A DNA stretch of 47,365 bases from Eubacteriales bacterium (GTDB lineage Bacteria; Bacillota; Clostridia; Oscillospirales; CAG-272). The DNA is taken from contig JAZNFZ010000016.1 in assembly GCA_045576195.1 (NCBI GenBank), positions 1-47,365 on the forward strand, given 5' to 3'. The position numbers and the translations under genes were made by a program. The notes under the pieces are model-generated. The model was not told the origin of the DNA and did no database searches. It was given only the letters and a program-made list of their open reading frames with translations. Shown in pieces: positions 44,201 through 47,365 of this stretch (position 1 is its first letter; each line of letters starts with the position of its first letter).

Positions 44201-44971
44201 ATGAAATTTGATTTGGAACAGCTGCTTGATACCGCCGCAGATATCGGCATCGTGCTTGGCCACACGGCAAAGGAGCTTTGCCGTAGCGGCAAGAGGCTTT
44301 GTCGGGAGGTTCGCTATGATATTGATGCCTTCCGCCAGCGCGATCCCGCCGCCACAAGCGATGCCGAGATCCTGCTGCTTTACTCGGGTCTGCACGCGCG
44401 CCTCGCGCACCGCGCGGCGCACGCGCTCCACAAAAAGGGGCATCGCTTTGTCGCCCGTGTGATCAGTCAGGGCGCTAAGTGCATCACGGGCATCGAGATC
44501 CACCCCGGTGCCACCATCGGCCGCGGCCTTGTCATCGACCACGGCTCAGGCGTGGTCATCGGCGAAACCGCCGAGATCGGCGACAACTGCACCATCTATC
44601 AGGGCGTGACCCTGGGCGGCACGGGCAAGGACGTGGGCAAGCGTCACCCCACCCTCGGCAATAACGTAATGGTGGGCGCGGGTGCCAAGATCCTTGGCCC
44701 TCTCACCGTGGGCGACAATGCCAAGGTGGCCGCCGGTGCCGTGGTACTGGAGGACATTCCCGAGGACAGCACCGCAGTGGGCATTCCCGCCAAGGTGGTT
44801 CGCGTGGGCGGTCAGCGCATCGCCAACGACCTTGACCAGGTGCACATTCCCGACCCTGTCAAGCAGGAAATGCAGGCACTGCAAAGAAAGCTCGATGAGC
44901 TGAAAAAGAGGCTGGATGCCACAGCACCCGCGAAAAAAGCCCCCAAACGGGGCAAGAAAACCGTCGAATAA
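44201..44971 (+). CDS. cysE: Serine O-acetyltransferase
   Basis: RDPAA, YSGLHA, TGIEIHPGATIG..LVIDHG.GVVIGETA, YQGVTLGGTGK..GKRHPT; start 44201 (44186 also possible). Confidence 0.96.
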   Translation: MKFDLEQLLDTAADIGIVLGHTAKELCRSGKRLCREVRYDIDAFRQRDPAATSDAEILLLYSGLHARLAHRAAHALHKKGHRFVARVISQGAKCITGIEIHPGATIGRGLVIDHGSGVVIGETAEIGDNCTIYQGVTLGGTGKDVGKRHPTLGNNVMVGAGAKILGPLTVGDNAKVAAGAVVLEDIPEDSTAVGIPAKVVRVGGQRIANDLDQVHIPDPVKQEMQALQRKLDELKKRLDATAPAKKAPKRGKKTVE

Positions 44972-44990
44972 GCATAAAAGGAGCATCGCT

Positions 44991-46451
44991 ATGATTTTAT
45001 ACAACACCGCCTCCCACCAAAGAGAGGAATTCATCCCGCACGTCGAGGGCAAGGTCAGCATGTACACCTGCGGCCCCACCGTCTACCATTTTGCACACAT
45101 CGGCAACCTTCGCACCTACATTATGGAGGATATTCTTGACCGCTACCTCCGTTACAGCGGCTACGAGGTCAAGCGCGTGATGAACATCACCGACGTGGGT
45201 CACCTCTCCAGCGACGGCGACACGGGCGAGGACAAAATGCTGAAGGGCGCCAAGCGCGAGAACAAAACCGTGCTGGAGATCGCCAAATTCTACACCGATT
45301 GCTTCTTTGCCGACTGCGAAAAGCTGCACATCCGCCGCCCCGATGTCATCGAGCCCGCCACCGCCTGCATTGACGACTTCATCCGCGTCATCGAGGCGCT
45401 GCTTGAAAAGGGCTTTGCCTATGAGGCGGGCGGCAACATCTACTTTGACACCTCCAAATTAAAGGAGTACTACATTTTCAACGACTTCAACGCCGATGAC
45501 CTCGCCGTGGGCGTGCGCGACGGCGTGGAGGAGGACGGAAACAAGAGAAACAAGACCGACTTTGTGCTCTGGTTTACCAAATCCAAGTTTGAGGACCAGG
45601 AGCTGAAGTGGGACAGCCCCTTTGGCGTGGGCTACCCCGGCTGGCACATCGAGTGCTCCTGCATCAGCATGAAGCACCTCGGCGAGTATCTTGACAACCA
45701 CTGCGGCGGCATCGACAACGCCTTTCCTCACCACACCAACGAGATCGCGCAAAGCGAGGCCTACCTTGGCCACAAGTGGTGCAAATATTGGATGCACGTG
45801 CTCCACCTCAACACCGATTCGGGCAAAATGTCAAAATCCAAGGGGGAGTTCCTCACCGTCTCCCTGCTGGAGAGCAAGGGCTACGATCCCCTTGCCTACC
45901 GCTTCTTCTGCCTCGGCTCCCACTACCGCCGCTCGCTGGTCTTCTCCTACGAAAACCTCGATAACGCCGTGGCCTCCTTCGAAAAGCTGATCGCCCGCAT
46001 CGCGGCGCTGAAGGTGACCGAGGGCGAGACCGTGGACGAGGAAATGCTCGCCGCGCTGAAGGCAAAGTTCAAGGCCGCCCTTGACAACGACCTCAACACC
46101 TCGCTGGCCATCACCGCCCTTTACGACGTGCTGAAGGCCAAGACCAATGCCACCACCAAGCGCGCCGCCATTGCCGATTTCGATACCGTTCTATGCCTGG
46201 ATCTGCTGGCCGCTGCCGATCGGCTTGCCGCCGAGGAGCAGAAAAAGCGCGAGGAGGCCGCCAAGGCCGCCGAAAACCGCACCTACTCCGATGATCCCGA
46301 GATCCGCGCCATTGAGGAGGCCATTGATGCCCGCGCCGCCGCCAAAAAGGCGAAAAACTACGCCGAGGCAGACCGCATTCGCGCCGAGCTCCTTTCCAAG
46401 GGCATCGTGCTCACGGATACCGCCGCAGGCACCACCTGGGCAAAAGCATAA
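44991..46451 (+). CDS. cysS: Cysteine--tRNA ligase
   Basis: Start at ATG 44991 after AAGGAG; YTCGPTVY, HIGN, GYPGWHIECS, FPHHTNE, KMSKS, ADRIR. Confidence 0.98.
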   Translation: MILYNTASHQREEFIPHVEGKVSMYTCGPTVYHFAHIGNLRTYIMEDILDRYLRYSGYEVKRVMNITDVGHLSSDGDTGEDKMLKGAKRENKTVLEIAKFYTDCFFADCEKLHIRRPDVIEPATACIDDFIRVIEALLEKGFAYEAGGNIYFDTSKLKEYYIFNDFNADDLAVGVRDGVEEDGNKRNKTDFVLWFTKSKFEDQELKWDSPFGVGYPGWHIECSCISMKHLGEYLDNHCGGIDNAFPHHTNEIAQSEAYLGHKWCKYWMHVLHLNTDSGKMSKSKGEFLTVSLLESKGYDPLAYRFFCLGSHYRRSLVFSYENLDNAVASFEKLIARIAALKVTEGETVDEEMLAALKAKFKAALDNDLNTSLAITALYDVLKAKTNATTKRAAIADFDTVLCLDLLAAADRLAAEEQKKREEAAKAAENRTYSDDPEIRAIEEAIDARAAAKKAKNYAEADRIRAELLSKGIVLTDTAAGTTWAKA

Positions 46452-46476
46452 ACTCTCCGCAATTTTTAAAAATCAC

Positions 46477-46505
46477 TTGCAAAAAAGCGCAATACGCGCT
46501 ATAAT
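46477..46505 (+). promoter_or_regulatory. SigmaA promoter of the lipoprotein gene
   Basis: TTGCAA-N17-TATAAT. Confidence 0.7.
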
Positions 46506-46563
46506 AAAAAAGGTGAGATGCGCGCAAACGCCATCAAACCAATCAACCAAGGAGGACTACATT

Positions 46564-47040
46564 ATGAAAAAAACAGTTCGCATTCTCTCTTTCGCTCTTG
46601 TGGCAATCATGCTTTGCGCTACGCTTGCTTCCTGCGGCGGCCCTGCTAAGGACCCCAAGGATGCCGCCGCCGCTCTGAAGGAAAACGGCTACACCGTAAC
46701 CGCCGAGACCGACAAGCTGGTCGTTGCGGGCAAGGACGGTGAGCACGTTACCATCAATTACTGCGATGATAAGGAGGCCGCCGACGACCTCTATAAGAAC
46801 CTGGTAGCCGAAAAGAACAAGGCAGAGGAAAAGCTCGACGAGGCTGAACAGAAATTGAAGGATGCCAAAAAAGAGCTTGACGATATGGAGGACGGCATTG
46901 GCAAGGCCGCACAGCAGGCTATTGTGGACGGTCTGCAAAAGGCCGTAGACGAGGCCAAGAAGCTGGTCGACATTGAGATCGGCAAGAGCGGTAATGTGGT
47001 TTGGGTCGGCACCAAGGATGCCATCAAGGCCGCAAAGTAA
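46564..47040 (+). CDS. Lipoprotein of unknown function (158 aa) with a central coiled coil
   Basis: Start at ATG 46564 after AAGGAGG; signal peptide with lipobox LASC-GG; host-like codon usage. Confidence 0.85.
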   Translation: MKKTVRILSFALVAIMLCATLASCGGPAKDPKDAAAALKENGYTVTAETDKLVVAGKDGEHVTINYCDDKEAADDLYKNLVAEKNKAEEKLDEAEQKLKDAKKELDDMEDGIGKAAQQAIVDGLQKAVDEAKKLVDIEIGKSGNVVWVGTKDAIKAAK

Positions 47041-47099
47041 CCAAATAAATTAAAAAAGCAGCTGCACATTAGAGCATCACTCTAAAGGACAGTTTTCAG

Positions 47100-47137
47100 A
47101 AATACGGTATATCTCGAAAGAGGTATGCCGTATTTTT
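47100..47137 (+). terminator. Intrinsic terminator
   Basis: AAATACGGTATATCTC-GAAA-GAGGTATGCCGTATTT (G-U pairs on the plus strand) with a T run. Confidence 0.8.
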
Positions 47138-47232
47138 GCATTTGTGGACACAAATACAGTGCTTCGTATGCCTTAATTAAAGACTGCAACCCCAATTTCT
47201 GTCTATTTGCAAATAAACGGCTTGCACAAACC

Positions 47233-47356
47233 AAAGGCTCCCTTGTGTAAAGGGATGCTGTCAAATGTCGCAAGCGACAAGGGACTGAGGGATTGTTGAG
47301 TGGAAAAAGGCGAAAAAGGAAGCAAGAAAAGGGAAGTGTGTGACAATCCCTCCGTC
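47233..47356. repeat. REP-like palindromic element, family A, copy 2, with an inverted partner cut by the window end
   Basis: AAAGGCTCCCTTGTGTAAAGGGA (1 mismatch to 13782-13804), then GACTGAGGGATTGT; inverted ACAATCCCTCCGTC at 47343-47356. Confidence 0.75.
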
Positions 47357-47365
47357 ATTTTCTTG

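Overview
Chromosomal window from a Bacillota (Clostridia-like) bacterium, inferred from sigmaA promoters, GGAGG ribosome sites, a T-box leader, and split CpsC/CpsD. It has five blocks. (1) <1-13033 (-): a carbohydrate-uptake operon with four ABC permeases, a 1161-aa multidomain solute-binding protein without a lipobox, a beta-propeller/TPR/Yip1 fusion and a 1212-aa secreted DUF5696-like protein; no ATPase is in view. (2) 13034-15114: a regulatory and repeat-rich spacer with REP-like palindromes and an XRE regulator. (3) 15115-38564 (+): a Wzx/Wzy surface-polysaccharide locus with a priming transferase, three GT4s, rmlABDC, three acyltransferases, a radical SAM enzyme, a WbsX-family protein, a pyruvyltransferase plus FrhB-like pair and a nucleotidyltransferase, followed by a separately promoted cpsB-cpsC-cpsD-ligase cassette. 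(4) 38922-43258 (-): three tandem, coupled coiled-coil + ComEC-type metallo-beta-lactamase-fold paralogs. (5) secG, a Cys T-box with cysE-cysS, and a lipoprotein. The best novelty candidates are the uptake machine, the MBL triplet, a tandem-pseudoknot-like leader before cpsB, the radical SAM and FrhB glycan-tailoring enzymes, and a Tyr cluster on CpsC instead of CpsD. All family calls come from reading motifs by eye; no database search or folding program was run. No CRISPR array, rRNA, tRNA or transposase was seen.
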